Below are positions 17,019-27,600 of a stretch of 62,179 bases of DNA, one piece after another. The DNA is from Solirubrobacteraceae bacterium (GTDB taxonomy: Bacteria; Actinomycetota; Thermoleophilia; Solirubrobacterales; Solirubrobacteraceae). The translations under genes were made by a program, and so were the position numbers. Numbering within the stretch: the stretch's first letter is position 1; every line of letters begins with the position of its first letter. The notes beneath the pieces are model-generated. The model made no database searches and was not told the origin of the DNA. It worked only from the letters and a program-made list of their open reading frames with translations. The DNA lies in assembly GCA_049581225.1 (NCBI GenBank), contig JBAURN010000139.1, positions 1 through 62,179 on the forward strand, read 5' to 3'.

Positions 17019-19553
17019 ATGACGGCGACACCAGCAGCCATCGATGACACACCGGCATCCTGGCGCCTCCTCCACGATGTAGTCCGCGATCAGAACGACC
17101 CGATCCTCGCGTTCCTGGCCGATGGCGGCCTGAAGGACGACCTGACGCCGCTGAAGCCATCCGGTGTCGATCTCGCCGCCGCGGCGCTTACGCGCGAGAT
17201 GCTCAACCGTGGACATAGTCAGAGAATCGCCTTCGCTTTGCCACGAGGACAGCATCCGCTGCCGCTCTTCCTCGGGCTGTACCTCGCACTCGGGCGGCTC
17301 TGCCTGGACGGGTGCCGCTCGTTCCTGCCACTGCTGGGGTCTGTGGGTGTGTTCTCAACCGACCAGCGTTTGCGCGAACTCGCGCCGCGGCTGCGTGTCG
17401 CTGGCGCCTCGGGCCGGTTCGTGGAGGCCATCGACATCCGCCGGCTGCGCGGCGACGGCGACTACGGCATGCTCAACCGCGGCAGCCAGCACGGGCCCCT
17501 GGACCACACTCAGCATTTTGTGTTGCTTGCGCTGCCCTACGTAAAGCCCGACCTGGCCCCCGCCGCGATGCGTGCCGCCGTAATGGACGCCACCATTGCA
17601 GGCCGCGAGACCTGGGAGGCTAGCTTCGGCTGGCATACCGAACAGGAACGCCGCCAAATCTGGCTCGGCGAGCTCGGCGAGCGCGACTTCGAGGACTTCT
17701 GCGGGCGCCACGACATACCGCTCGTCCGCTTCGACTGGCCCACCGTCAGCTTCTGCGCTGATACCTTCGGTGTCGGCAACGGCCCGCTGTCAACTGCGGG
17801 ACTGTGCGCCCGAGCGCTGGCCGGTGACGGGATCCCGGCCAGCATTGAGGTGCGCCCCGTCGCCGATGGCGCCATCAACCACGAGCTCCACCGCCTCGAG
17901 CGCTGCTTCGCCGACTGGCATCGCCGCGCGGAGAAGCTTGTGGCAAAGGGCGTCGAGGAACCTGCGGTCGTACCGATCGCCCGCAGGCTCACATATCTGC
18001 TGGCGCGCCTGTCCTGCCCGGTGGGGATCTACGACACCATCGCCCTCGACACGCCCCGCGTCATGCACATCGCCACCGCGCTGCGGCGCGTTCGAGAGGC
18101 CACCGACAAGCAGTTTTTCGGACCATGGCGCAAGCTCAACGGCGACTGGGCGGCGATCCGGGGCGGCCTGAGCGCCCTGCACGACCGCGTCCGTGAGGAC
18201 GAGCCGAAGTGGTTCGACCTCGTGTTCCTGCTCGACAGCGAGGCGGCACGCACGACCCGCCGGCGGGTCGTGATTCGTTGTGCCACGAAGGTTGAGGCGC
18301 ACGCCCTGTCGGCCGCGCTTCTCGCTGAGGGCGCTGTGGACGCTGACGCGTTCGACTCCGGGTGGCTCAGCGTGCACTACTTCGGCGTGCGCGACCGCGC
18401 GCTTACCCACGGGCCCGTCGAAACAGACATGCTCACGCTGATCACAGAGCCGCCGCCGCCGGCGCGCAGCGGCCCGTATCTGGGGGCTGAGAGCGGCCAG
18501 CTACAGGCACTCCTGTACCCGTGCCAGATCGACCGCTTCGAGCGCCTCGCCGCGCGCGCGAGCAAGAGCAGCGACGGCAGCAATGCCAACCCCACCGCTC
18601 TTCACGCGATCGGCCTGCGCAGCTACAGCGCGGAAACTTACCGGCCCCAGGTGCCGCCGCAGCTGATTCGGCTGGAGCCGCTGGTCAGTGGCCGCCGCCT
18701 CGTCGATTCAGCCGAGACCGTCTTCGGTGAGAGCGTCGAGCGCATGCGCGACCACTGGGACGAGTTTCTGACGCTAAGTGACCCCGACACCCTAGACGCC
18801 GCGGGCGACTGTGACCAGCGCGGGGGAGACGGTGGTGCAGCCACCGCGGGGGGAGCGACCCAGCAACAAGCGCTGGTCGTGTGGCTGAGCGACGGCAAAG
18901 GCGTGCTGCTGCCAGCCGGCGGCAGCGTTGACACGCTCGTAGGCGAGCAGGTCATCACTCGGCCGGTACGCAGTCTGCCTGCCGGTGCGCGTGTCGTGCT
19001 GATGGAAGGCTCCGAGCGCGGCTCGGCGACCTCCGAGCTCTTCGCGGCCTGGGACTCCAATTACGCGCCGGCACAGGTGTACGGGCCGCTGTACCGCCAG
19101 GCCGTGCAGGCCGCCATCGACAACGCCGGCGGCTGCGCCGAACTCGCCGTCGAGCTCGGCGTGACCGAGCAAACGGTACGCAACTGGCGCGACGGCGACG
19201 TCATCGGCCCGGACTCCGAAGCAAACCTGGCGGCGGTGCTGCGACGCTCGGGCAACGTGCCCGCGATCGCCAACCAGGCCCGCATCCAGCTCTACATCAA
19301 GCGCCTGCGCGGCGCGCACATCAACCTCGGTAAGGCGTTCAGCCGTGCCGTTGTCGACCACTTCGTCGATCCCGACAACGCCGCTCGTGCGAGGCTCGAG
19401 GCCGACACCGGCCGTGACCTCTCCGAGCTGTTCGACTCGGTGCGACTGCGAGTCATCGACCGCGTCGAGCCGCAGCCGCGGAACGTGCCCGTGGGCATTC
19501 TCGGCCGACCGCTGCTCGCCACCCACGACGCCCTCACCGGGAGGATCGCATGA
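17019..19553 (+). CDS. drmE: DrmE-like protein (DISARM class 2 accessory)
   Basis: 844 aa; C-terminal VRSLPAGARVV...TVRNWRDGDVIGP...IKRLRGAHINLG fits the DrmE C-terminal pattern (from recall); ATGA overlap with drmA. Confidence 0.65.
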   Translation: MTATPAAIDDTPASWRLLHDVVRDQNDPILAFLADGGLKDDLTPLKPSGVDLAAAALTREMLNRGHSQRIAFALPRGQHPLPLFLGLYLALGRLCLDGCRSFLPLLGSVGVFSTDQRLRELAPRLRVAGASGRFVEAIDIRRLRGDGDYGMLNRGSQHGPLDHTQHFVLLALPYVKPDLAPAAMRAAVMDATIAGRETWEASFGWHTEQERRQIWLGELGERDFEDFCGRHDIPLVRFDWPTVSFCADTFGVGNGPLSTAGLCARALAGDGIPASIEVRPVADGAINHELHRLERCFADWHRRAEKLVAKGVEEPAVVPIARRLTYLLARLSCPVGIYDTIALDTPRVMHIATALRRVREATDKQFFGPWRKLNGDWAAIRGGLSALHDRVREDEPKWFDLVFLLDSEAARTTRRRVVIRCATKVEAHALSAALLAEGAVDADAFDSGWLSVHYFGVRDRALTHGPVETDMLTLITEPPPPARSGPYLGAESGQLQALLYPCQIDRFERLAARASKSSDGSNANPTALHAIGLRSYSAETYRPQVPPQLIRLEPLVSGRRLVDSAETVFGESVERMRDHWDEFLTLSDPDTLDAAGDCDQRGGDGGAATAGGATQQQALVVWLSDGKGVLLPAGGSVDTLVGEQVITRPVRSLPAGARVVLMEGSERGSATSELFAAWDSNYAPAQVYGPLYRQAVQAAIDNAGGCAELAVELGVTEQTVRNWRDGDVIGPDSEANLAAVLRRSGNVPAIANQARIQLYIKRLRGAHINLGKAFSRAVVDHFVDPDNAARARLEADTGRDLSELFDSVRLRVIDRVEPQPRNVPVGILGRPLLATHDALTGRIA

Positions 19554-22500
19554 CCGACACCGCCACCGCGCCCAGCGAGCAATCGCTGGACATCCGAGCC
19601 GCCGATCAGGAGCGCCTCGTGCGTCACCTCTCCGAAGTGGTGCGGCGCGAGCTCGCAGGCGAGAACGTTTACGAGCCGGGCGACCGCCGTTTCATCGAGC
19701 GGGTCAAGCCCTCGCGCCACCTGCAGCTCGGCGTGCTGCCGCCGCAGCCGGCCCCCGACCCGCCGTCCGACGATGACGATAGCCCTGCCAGCGACGCCGA
19801 TCAGGCGCAGCCCACTCAGCGTCTGCCCACCGACTCCCGCGGCGCCCCACCGAACATGGGAGTAGACGTCGTCGTCTCGCCCGACGGCGCCGGCACCGTC
19901 GAGCTGCAGTTGTACGCCGACTTCGCCGTCTACGTGCCCCGCTACCCAACCGTCGAGCAGCAGCGCGAGCACTGGGCCATCCGCCTGGGTGTGGATGGCG
20001 CCCTCATCCTCCCCGACGAGCATGATCACGCCGAGCGTGCCAAGGACGAGGACCCGCCGGCGACGGCCGCGGCCCCTGCGACCGCTGACGGCGACGGTCA
20101 CCAGGCCCGTGGGGCAGATAACGAGAGCCCCGGCGCCAAATCACCAGTCGGGGCCGGCGCGGACGGTGCGCCCAAGCCGCGGCGACGGCAACGCCCGCGC
20201 CAAATGAGCCTGTACATGATCAACGAGCGCGTTGATCTCAGCATAGGCCCGATCTCGCTGTGCATAGACATCGACGATGGGCGCGGCAGCCAGGCGTTCG
20301 CGACCGAGGTACAGGCCGCAATCGATGCCCAGCTCGGCCCGATCCTCACAGAGAGCAACACCGTTCATCGCTTTCAGTCTGGGCGTATGACACTCCCGCC
20401 ACAATGCACCTCAAGCCAGGCAGAGTTCGACGCCGCCATCCGCGACGCCGAGGGCGACGCCCGCAGGTCTCACCCACTGGCGCCGCACCGGGCCAACTTC
20501 CACGTCGCCTGGAAGCACGACCAGAGCAACTATGCACGCGTGCACGTTACGTTCGCCAACGAGTCCCAAGCGCCGCGGCGCGCCAGCCATAACCGCGACA
20601 TCCGCGAGCTCGACCGTGACATGCACCTGTTCAACGTCCGCATGCGCGTGCAGACTGCGACCGGCGAGTTCGTCTCTCAGCCGTTCGCGCAGGCCCCGGA
20701 GGATTTTCGGTTTGACGACTTGCGCTTGGTATGGGGGCACGGTCGTAATGCGGTCGTCGAGGGAGTGGACGCCACCGGGCAGTTTGTCGAGCCATCCAGC
20801 CTCACACCGCCGGCCGCGGTGATCACCACCACTTGGCCGATCTTCCGCCAACGCCGGATGGTGCCCAACGAGCACGGCGCCCCCCAACCCGCCCCAGCCG
20901 AGTTGGCGCCGCTGGACGTCACCTTCGCTTCTCTCGCCGAGGAGACCACCTGGCGCGAGTGCCTGCGGGACATCGAGACGCGCATGCGCCAGTTCGACGA
21001 GGCGTGGGGCCAGGAGCTCGCCTCCGGCCGCTGGCAGGATGCTCGCCGCGGCGCCTGCGAACATAGCCGCACGGAATTCCAGGAGGAGCTGCGCCGCTTC
21101 CAGCTCGGTCTGCGCGCGCTCGATGAGGACCCGCGGCTGGCCCTCGCCTTCCGGGAGGCCAATGCCGTCTTCGAGTACGTTGGTTCGCACGCCACCTCAC
21201 CGCTGTACAGCTGGCGGCTCTTCCAGGTTGTCTTCCAGGTCATCCACTGCTCGGCCCTGTACGCGCGCGAGAGCGAGGACCCCGCATTCCTCTCCGAGCT
21301 CGATACCGCCGACACGCTCTTCTACCCGACCGGCGGCGGCAAGACCGAGAGCTACAACGGCCTGGCGGTCATTGCTGCCTTCTACGATCGCCTTCGCGGA
21401 CGGCTACGCGGCGTCACAACGATCCTGCGCTTCCCGCTGCGGATGCTCTCCGTCCAGCAGCTCTCCCGCGTCGGCAAGGTCATCTACGCGGCCAACGAGC
21501 GCCTTGGCGACCTCGACCGACGAGGCCTTCTGCCCCACGGCCCCGGCGACCCGTTCATGCTCGGCTACTACGCCGGCGACAAGAACACCCCGAACCGGCT
21601 CTCGGGCCCCAAGAGCTGGACCGACAACAGCATCGCCTGGTGGGAGACCTACCTGCGCGACCGCCCCGAGGAGGCACTGGACCGGCGCATCCTGACCGAG
21701 TGCCTGAACCCGGCGTGCCCCCTTGCCGACGAGCCCGAGGACCCCGACAACCCTAACGTCACCCTTCGCGCCGACGTGGGGCGGGTCCGCCTGGCGCACG
21801 TGTGCCGCGCCTGCGGTGAGCTGCCGGTCGCGCACACTGACGAGGAGGTTTTCCGCTACCTGCCCACCCTGATGGTCTGCACGGTCGACAAGCTCGCCTC
21901 CGTCGGCTTCAACCAGGACGTCACACACCTCATCGCCGGTCCGGCGTGGCGTTGCCCGACGCATGGCTACTTCGTCTACAAGCAGGCTCGCTACGACGGG
22001 CGCGAGTTCAAGGGCGTGGATCGCTGTCTGGCCGGGTCCTACTGCACCCACGACGAGGCGGACTACATCCGCATCGAGGACAACTACGACCCGCCGCCCA
22101 GCCTTCAGGTCCAGGACGAGATGCACCTGCTGCAGGAGACGCTCGGCACTTTCGATGCCCACTACGAGACGCTCTACGAGCACCTGCAGCGCCACGCGGT
22201 CCTCGACGCCGACGGCAACCCGATGGGTAAGCCGACCAAGCTGCTGGCCGCCACCGCCACCGTCGAGCGCTACGAGCAGCAGGTCCGCAACCTCTACGCG
22301 CGCCGGGCGAAGGTGTTCCCCGCCCCCGGGTGGACACGCGAGTTCTCCTTCTACTCGCGGCTGACCGTCCGCGCCTCACGACTGTATGTCGGCGCGCTGC
22401 CGATGCTGCGTGACGCCGCCGAGTTCGGGGCACGCGTCCAGGCGCTGCTGCACCGCGAGCTCGAGCGGCTCGCCGACAACCCGGCTGCCGCCGTCGCGAA

Positions 22501-23494
22501 GCTGGGCCTGCAGGCCATCACCGACCCTGAGGAACTCGCCGGCGAGCTGTTCCTTTACGACCTCTCGCTCGGCTACGTCAATCGCAAGCGCGACGGAGAC
22601 TCGATCAACAACGAGCTGCGCGACTACCCGCGCGACTACACCAAGCCCGACCCCGCCGGTGGCGCGCACGAGGTGGCGGTCGATCCCCTGGAGACCCAGA
22701 CGCTCTCTTCTGACGCTGTGTCGCTTGCCGAGATCGCTGCGGTGCTCGCCCTCATCGCCGAGCAGGACGTCGGCACGCCACGCCCGCAGCGGCTGCGTGC
22801 GCTGGTCGGCACCAGCCTCGTCTCACACGGTGTGGACATTACGCGGCTGAACCTGATGGTCGTCAACTGGATGCCATCAAAGGTCGCCGACTACATCCAG
22901 GCCACCAGCCGCGCCGGTCGCAGCCACGTCGGTCTCGTCATCGTCGGCCACGACCGCGTCAACCTGCGTGATCGCAGCCACTTCCACTACTTCCTGCCGC
23001 ACCACCGCTTCCTTGAGCGTCTCGTCGCCCCTGTACCGGTCAACCGCTTCGCCAAGTTCGCGATCGGGCGCACGATGACCGGCGTGGTATGCGCCATCAT
23101 CCTGCAGGGCTACGCTCGCGAGCACCCCGGCGGCCCGCAGTCCCTCGAACGGCGCAACCAGTTCGTGCGCTGGTGGAACGCCGCCAACCCCCAGCAGCGC
23201 GAGCAGGCGCTCCTCGCCCGGGTGCTCGACGCGCTCGGTCTGGCACGCGCCCTGATTACTCCCGACGGGACGCCCGAGCGCATCTTTGATCAGACGATGG
23301 TGGATTCCCTCGCTGCCGACGTGCGCCAGGAGGTCGCCGACATCGTCTCCGATCTACAGGGCGCCCCGGCCGAGAAGCTGCGGGAGATGTTCAACCCACC
23401 GCCGCTGACCTCATTCCGCGACGTCGAGGCTGGCCTGAAGTTCGGCGCGATCGGCAAGTCGCTGCGCGCCATCGAAAAGCTCACGGACTACTAG
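19550..23494 (+). CDS. drmA: DISARM SF2 helicase DrmA
   Basis: WRLFQ, YPTGGGKTESY, FPLRMLSVQQ, TVDK, QDEMH, ATAT, SHGVDI, YIQATSRAGR, RDRSHF, SFRDVE. Confidence 0.9.
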   Translation: MTDTATAPSEQSLDIRAADQERLVRHLSEVVRRELAGENVYEPGDRRFIERVKPSRHLQLGVLPPQPAPDPPSDDDDSPASDADQAQPTQRLPTDSRGAPPNMGVDVVVSPDGAGTVELQLYADFAVYVPRYPTVEQQREHWAIRLGVDGALILPDEHDHAERAKDEDPPATAAAPATADGDGHQARGADNESPGAKSPVGAGADGAPKPRRRQRPRQMSLYMINERVDLSIGPISLCIDIDDGRGSQAFATEVQAAIDAQLGPILTESNTVHRFQSGRMTLPPQCTSSQAEFDAAIRDAEGDARRSHPLAPHRANFHVAWKHDQSNYARVHVTFANESQAPRRASHNRDIRELDRDMHLFNVRMRVQTATGEFVSQPFAQAPEDFRFDDLRLVWGHGRNAVVEGVDATGQFVEPSSLTPPAAVITTTWPIFRQRRMVPNEHGAPQPAPAELAPLDVTFASLAEETTWRECLRDIETRMRQFDEAWGQELASGRWQDARRGACEHSRTEFQEELRRFQLGLRALDEDPRLALAFREANAVFEYVGSHATSPLYSWRLFQVVFQVIHCSALYARESEDPAFLSELDTADTLFYPTGGGKTESYNGLAVIAAFYDRLRGRLRGVTTILRFPLRMLSVQQLSRVGKVIYAANERLGDLDRRGLLPHGPGDPFMLGYYAGDKNTPNRLSGPKSWTDNSIAWWETYLRDRPEEALDRRILTECLNPACPLADEPEDPDNPNVTLRADVGRVRLAHVCRACGELPVAHTDEEVFRYLPTLMVCTVDKLASVGFNQDVTHLIAGPAWRCPTHGYFVYKQARYDGREFKGVDRCLAGSYCTHDEADYIRIEDNYDPPPSLQVQDEMHLLQETLGTFDAHYETLYEHLQRHAVLDADGNPMGKPTKLLAATATVERYEQQVRNLYARRAKVFPAPGWTREFSFYSRLTVRASRLYVGALPMLRDAAEFGARVQALLHRELERLADNPAAAVAKLGLQAITDPEELAGELFLYDLSLGYVNRKRDGDSINNELRDYPRDYTKPDPAGGAHEVAVDPLETQTLSSDAVSLAEIAAVLALIAEQDVGTPRPQRLRALVGTSLVSHGVDITRLNLMVVNWMPSKVADYIQATSRAGRSHVGLVIVGHDRVNLRDRSHFHYFLPHHRFLERLVAPVPVNRFAKFAIGRTMTGVVCAIILQGYAREHPGGPQSLERRNQFVRWWNAANPQQREQALLARVLDALGLARALITPDGTPERIFDQTMVDSLAADVRQEVADIVSDLQGAPAEKLREMFNPPPLTSFRDVEAGLKFGAIGKSLRAIEKLTDY

Positions 23495-23515
23495 GCCGGA
23501 AGGGGACACGACACC

Positions 23516-25357
23516 ATGGAGATGACACGCAGCCGCAGCCAGGTCCTCTACCAGTACCTGCCCGAGGCGGTCTTCCTACACGAGTCCGGCTTCATCGGAC
23601 GCGTGTGGAACGTGCGCACACAGTCCACTCGCGTCAACAAGGCGCTGCTGCTCGAGACGCTCGCCACCGAGCTCGACCGCTGGGACAACAAGGCGGGTTT
23701 TCCCGACCCGCGACGCGCCCGCGACAAGTACGACATCGCCGAGCCGGTCGACGAGGTACTTGTGGACCTGTGGCCGTTGACGCTTGAGTGCTCGCGGCCG
23801 ATCTGCCGCAAGCTGAAGGTCTACCACCGGGTCGACGACTTCCTCGCCGACCCGAGCCCCGAGCGCTGCGATCGCTGCCACGGTCGCCGCCGCCAGCTGG
23901 AGTTCCTGATGGTCCACCACTGCGGCGAGCTGCGCCAGCTGAACATCCGACCCTGCCCCCAGCACGAGTATGAGTGGCTCGTGCTCGACGACACCGGCAG
24001 CTTCGGCACCGCGGAGTTGCGCTGCCGCGCGGGGTCTTGCAACGGCACGCCCGTCAGTCGCCTGGGCTTTCGCATGTGCGACTGCCAGATGCCAACGGGC
24101 GACCGGTACATGCGCTCGCTGACGGTGCGCGCCCCCAACCGCCACCAGGTCCAGCACTTCGCGTTCGTATCGATGGAGTCCGGGGCGATCGACCGGTTGC
24201 GCCGTCAGCCAGGTGGCGAGAAGGTCGTCGCCGGCTCCTACCTGGGCTACTTCGACGACGTGATGGCCGGTCTGGACGAGGCCCGCAAGCAGGTCAAGGG
24301 TGACCCGTCGCAGTGGGCTATGGTCGAGGCCGCCCTCCACGCACAGGGCATCCCGGAGGAGATCATCGCCGCCCAGCGCGCCAACACTCTCGGGGAGGCC
24401 CACGGCGCGTTCACCGAGATGGCCCAGTACCTCGGCGATGACGTCGTCGCTCGTATCGGGCGTCGCCAGAAGTGCTGCGAGCGCGCCCTCATATTCAGTG
24501 GGCCGTCCGCCGACAGTGGCGATGGCCTCGTCGTGGAATGCCTCGAGGATTACCGCCAGCGCGCCGCGGACCTCGGCCACGAAACCGCCCTAGAGCGTCT
24601 GCAGGATGCCCAGCAGGCACTCAGTAGGCATGGCTTCGAGCGGTTGCTGGTCGTCACGAACTTCCCGATCGCCTTGGTCGCCTACGGCTACACCCGGCTA
24701 ACGTCTGATGAGCACATCGCCATGTTGCGCTCCTTCAAACCGACGCAGAAGGGCTCGGCGAAGAAGCCGATCTACGTGGGCGCCAGCAACACCGAGGCGG
24801 TGTTCTTCGAACTCGACTGCCTGCGTATCCGCGACTGGCTGCTAGCCAACGGCTTCGTCGACGACGTTGAGCGCTGGAGGGGCTTTGGAGAGGACAGGGG
24901 GGCCATCAAGTCCGCTCTGTTGGTCGAGGCGGACGCCGACTCGCAGGCACACCGAATGGTGCACCTGCTCTGTCACACCCTGGCGCACACCCTTATTCGC
25001 AATCTCGGGGAGCGCGCCGGGTTCGGTGAGGACACGATGGCCGAGTACCTGATCCCAGAGATGCTCACGTTCGGCCTGTACGCCAACGTCCATCAAGACT
25101 TCACCCTCGGCGCGCTCGTGTCGCTGATCGAGCACAACCTTCGCTCCTGGCTTGAGGCGTCCCGGCAGGGGGCAGAGACCTGCACCTGGGATCCCGTCTG
25201 TGGTGAGACCTACGGCGCTTGCGCCAACTGTCTGCACGTGGCCTTCGGCTGTGAGCACTGGAATCGCGACCTGGACCGCGCCGTCCTGTTCGGGACCGCG
25301 ACAGAGCATCACGAGCACGACCGCGTACCTGTGGCCAGCGGCTTCTGGGAGTTCTAG
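23516..25357 (+). CDS. drmB: DISARM DrmB (DUF1998/MZB domain)
   Basis: MTRSRSQVLYQYLP N-terminus; HTLAHTLIR...EY...TLGAL...CTWDPVC...ACANCL...C Zn motif. Confidence 0.88.
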   Translation: MEMTRSRSQVLYQYLPEAVFLHESGFIGRVWNVRTQSTRVNKALLLETLATELDRWDNKAGFPDPRRARDKYDIAEPVDEVLVDLWPLTLECSRPICRKLKVYHRVDDFLADPSPERCDRCHGRRRQLEFLMVHHCGELRQLNIRPCPQHEYEWLVLDDTGSFGTAELRCRAGSCNGTPVSRLGFRMCDCQMPTGDRYMRSLTVRAPNRHQVQHFAFVSMESGAIDRLRRQPGGEKVVAGSYLGYFDDVMAGLDEARKQVKGDPSQWAMVEAALHAQGIPEEIIAAQRANTLGEAHGAFTEMAQYLGDDVVARIGRRQKCCERALIFSGPSADSGDGLVVECLEDYRQRAADLGHETALERLQDAQQALSRHGFERLLVVTNFPIALVAYGYTRLTSDEHIAMLRSFKPTQKGSAKKPIYVGASNTEAVFFELDCLRIRDWLLANGFVDDVERWRGFGEDRGAIKSALLVEADADSQAHRMVHLLCHTLAHTLIRNLGERAGFGEDTMAEYLIPEMLTFGLYANVHQDFTLGALVSLIEHNLRSWLEASRQGAETCTWDPVCGETYGACANCLHVAFGCEHWNRDLDRAVLFGTATEHHEHDRVPVASGFWEF

Positions 25358-25520
25358 CGCGGCGGTCCGTCCCGCACCGGTCGACGCAGGCGAGCTTCGC
25401 GCCGTCAACCCGCGCGACAGGAGCCGACGGCGCGCGCGCGGTTGATCTGCTCGTCGAGAGAGACTGCGAACTGGGCGCCCGGTCGGCACCGGGGACCGGA
25501 CAAGAGCCTAAAGTTGCGCC

Positions 25521-27566
25521 GTGGGCCTTCCTCCCTACCACGAGATCTCTGTCCTTTCGAGGCACGAAGCGCATCGGAAGGCGGCGCACCGGCCCGCCTA
25601 TTACGTCCACAAGTGGTGGGCGCGGCGAACCGGCTCCGTGTTCCGCGCGATCCTCCTCGACCAGCTCCTGAATCCCGGGGAGGACCGTATGCGCGCCATG
25701 GCGTGTGCGCACGACTTCTCGGACACGGTTGTGCTCGACTGCTTCCACGGCGGCGGCACGACAATCGGGGAGGCGCTTCGCCTCGGCTGCAAGGTGGTTG
25801 GCTCCGAGTTGAACCCTGTCGCCTCGTTCTTGGTCGCCCAGATGGTTCGCGACATCGACCAGGCTATGCTCGACACCGCCTTCGAGCAAGTGCGTGCCGC
25901 TGCCGAGAAGCCTCTGCGCGAGATGTACGTCACCGCCTGTCCAACCTGCCATGAGGCCGCCCAGGCGCAGTACGTCAGCTGGGTCAAGCAGGTTATCTGC
26001 GAGGAGTGCGGTCAGCCGGTGGACCTGGTCACCAGTCGGGTCCTCATGGCCGACTTCGCCAACCCTGGTGCGGGCCTCGTCCAATGTCCGCGCTGCGATC
26101 ATCCGTGGCGCGTCAAGAACGTCAAAGCGCGTGTGCAGTGCCCCGGCTGCAAGTACCGCTTCTCCCCAGACAAGCGTTTGATCGATGCCAAGCATTATCG
26201 TTGCGCCTGCAGCCATCGTGGCGAGGTCCTTGATGCGGTCGCCGGCCTCGCCAGCCCACCTAGGCACCGCATGGTATGCCTGGTCACCCACTGCGACGAG
26301 TGCGGCCGTGGCTTCAGGGCGCCCGACCAGACCGACCTAGATCTGTACGCCCGGCTTGAGGTTCGGGTGGCCGACACCCTCGACCAGCTTGCCGTACCCC
26401 GCAGCGAAATCCCCGCTGGACGCAACACTAATCAGATGCGCCGCTACTGCTACCGGCACTGGCACGAGATGTTCAACGCCCGCCAGCTACTCGGCCTCGA
26501 TGCGCTCATCCGTGGCGTCCGTGGCGTTGATGACCCCGTCGCCCGCGACATGCTGATTCTGCACCTCTCGTCGATCCTGGAGTTCCACTCCATGTTCGCG
26601 ACCTCCAAGGGTCTCGGGACCGGAGCGATACGGCAGGTGTTCAGCCACCACGCGTTCATTCCTGCCAAGGCTCCTCTCGAGGCCCACCTTTGGGGCGTCG
26701 GCACCGCGTCCGGCGGCTCATCCGGTGGTTTCGCATCCCTGTACGGCACACGCCTGAAGGCCGCGCGCCGCTGGATGGCCGCGCCACAGGAGACCACCAT
26801 CGTGGATGGCCAGCGCGTTCGAGCCCGCGTTGACGGCGAGCGGCTGGCCGGACGGCCCGCCTCGACCTTCCAAGACCTCCTCGATGACGCTGCCGACGTG
26901 TTGCTGCTCAACCGGTCCAGCTCATCGCTGCCGCAAATCCCTGACCGCAGTGTAGATCTCTGTGTCACCGACCCGCCGTACGCCGACAACGTCATGTACG
27001 CCGAGTTGTCGGACTACTTCTACGTCTGGCTGCGCCAGCTGCTGCCGGATCACCCCTCGTTCCAGGCCGAGCTGATCGACGATACCCAAGAGGCTGTCCA
27101 GAACCCACACCGTGGCCGTGACGGCGACACATACGCGCGACTGCTCGGCGATGTATTCGTCGAGGTGGCTCGGGTCCTCAAGGATGATGGCCGTCTCACA
27201 TTCACTTTTCATCACGCGAACCAGGGAGCCTGGCATCACCTGCGCAACGCACTGACCGCAGCGGAGTTCGTCGTCGAGCGCTGGTGGCCAGTGTTTGCCG
27301 AGATGGAGAGCGCCATGTCAATCCTCGGCAAGGAGCACAATGGCCACCTCGACATCGTCTTCGTCTGCGCCAAGCGCGGCTTCGTAGCTGGCCCCGCGCA
27401 CCAGGACAGCATTTCTCGCATGGGCGAACAGCTCGCGGCTGCGGGCTTGCCGATGGTTGCATCTGACCACCGCGCTCTGCTCAATGCCAAACGCCTGCAA
27501 GCGAGTACATACGAGACGCACGGCGGGTCAGCGACGCTTACGCTTGACGGCGAGGCGTGGGGCTGA
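25521..27566 (+). CDS. Zn-ribbon amino-DNA methyltransferase (COG1743/DUF1156-like, probably m6A)
   Basis: HKWWARR, DCFHGGGT (motif I), ELNPVA, several CxxC ribbons, FNARQL, TDPPYADNVMYAELSDYFYVW (motif IV), FTFHH. Confidence 0.88.
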   Translation: MGLPPYHEISVLSRHEAHRKAAHRPAYYVHKWWARRTGSVFRAILLDQLLNPGEDRMRAMACAHDFSDTVVLDCFHGGGTTIGEALRLGCKVVGSELNPVASFLVAQMVRDIDQAMLDTAFEQVRAAAEKPLREMYVTACPTCHEAAQAQYVSWVKQVICEECGQPVDLVTSRVLMADFANPGAGLVQCPRCDHPWRVKNVKARVQCPGCKYRFSPDKRLIDAKHYRCACSHRGEVLDAVAGLASPPRHRMVCLVTHCDECGRGFRAPDQTDLDLYARLEVRVADTLDQLAVPRSEIPAGRNTNQMRRYCYRHWHEMFNARQLLGLDALIRGVRGVDDPVARDMLILHLSSILEFHSMFATSKGLGTGAIRQVFSHHAFIPAKAPLEAHLWGVGTASGGSSGGFASLYGTRLKAARRWMAAPQETTIVDGQRVRARVDGERLAGRPASTFQDLLDDAADVLLLNRSSSSLPQIPDRSVDLCVTDPPYADNVMYAELSDYFYVWLRQLLPDHPSFQAELIDDTQEAVQNPHRGRDGDTYARLLGDVFVEVARVLKDDGRLTFTFHHANQGAWHHLRNALTAAEFVVERWWPVFAEMESAMSILGKEHNGHLDIVFVCAKRGFVAGPAHQDSISRMGEQLAAAGLPMVASDHRALLNAKRLQASTYETHGGSATLTLDGEAWG

Positions 27567-27600
27567 CGGTGGCCTGGGGCCAGCAACGAGAGGATTAAAG

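Noticed and set aside
19550..27566. Dpd (7-deazaguanine) or BREX cluster
   Set aside because: No dpdA/tgt-like, que, pglZ or brxC genes recognised; the gene set fits DISARM better
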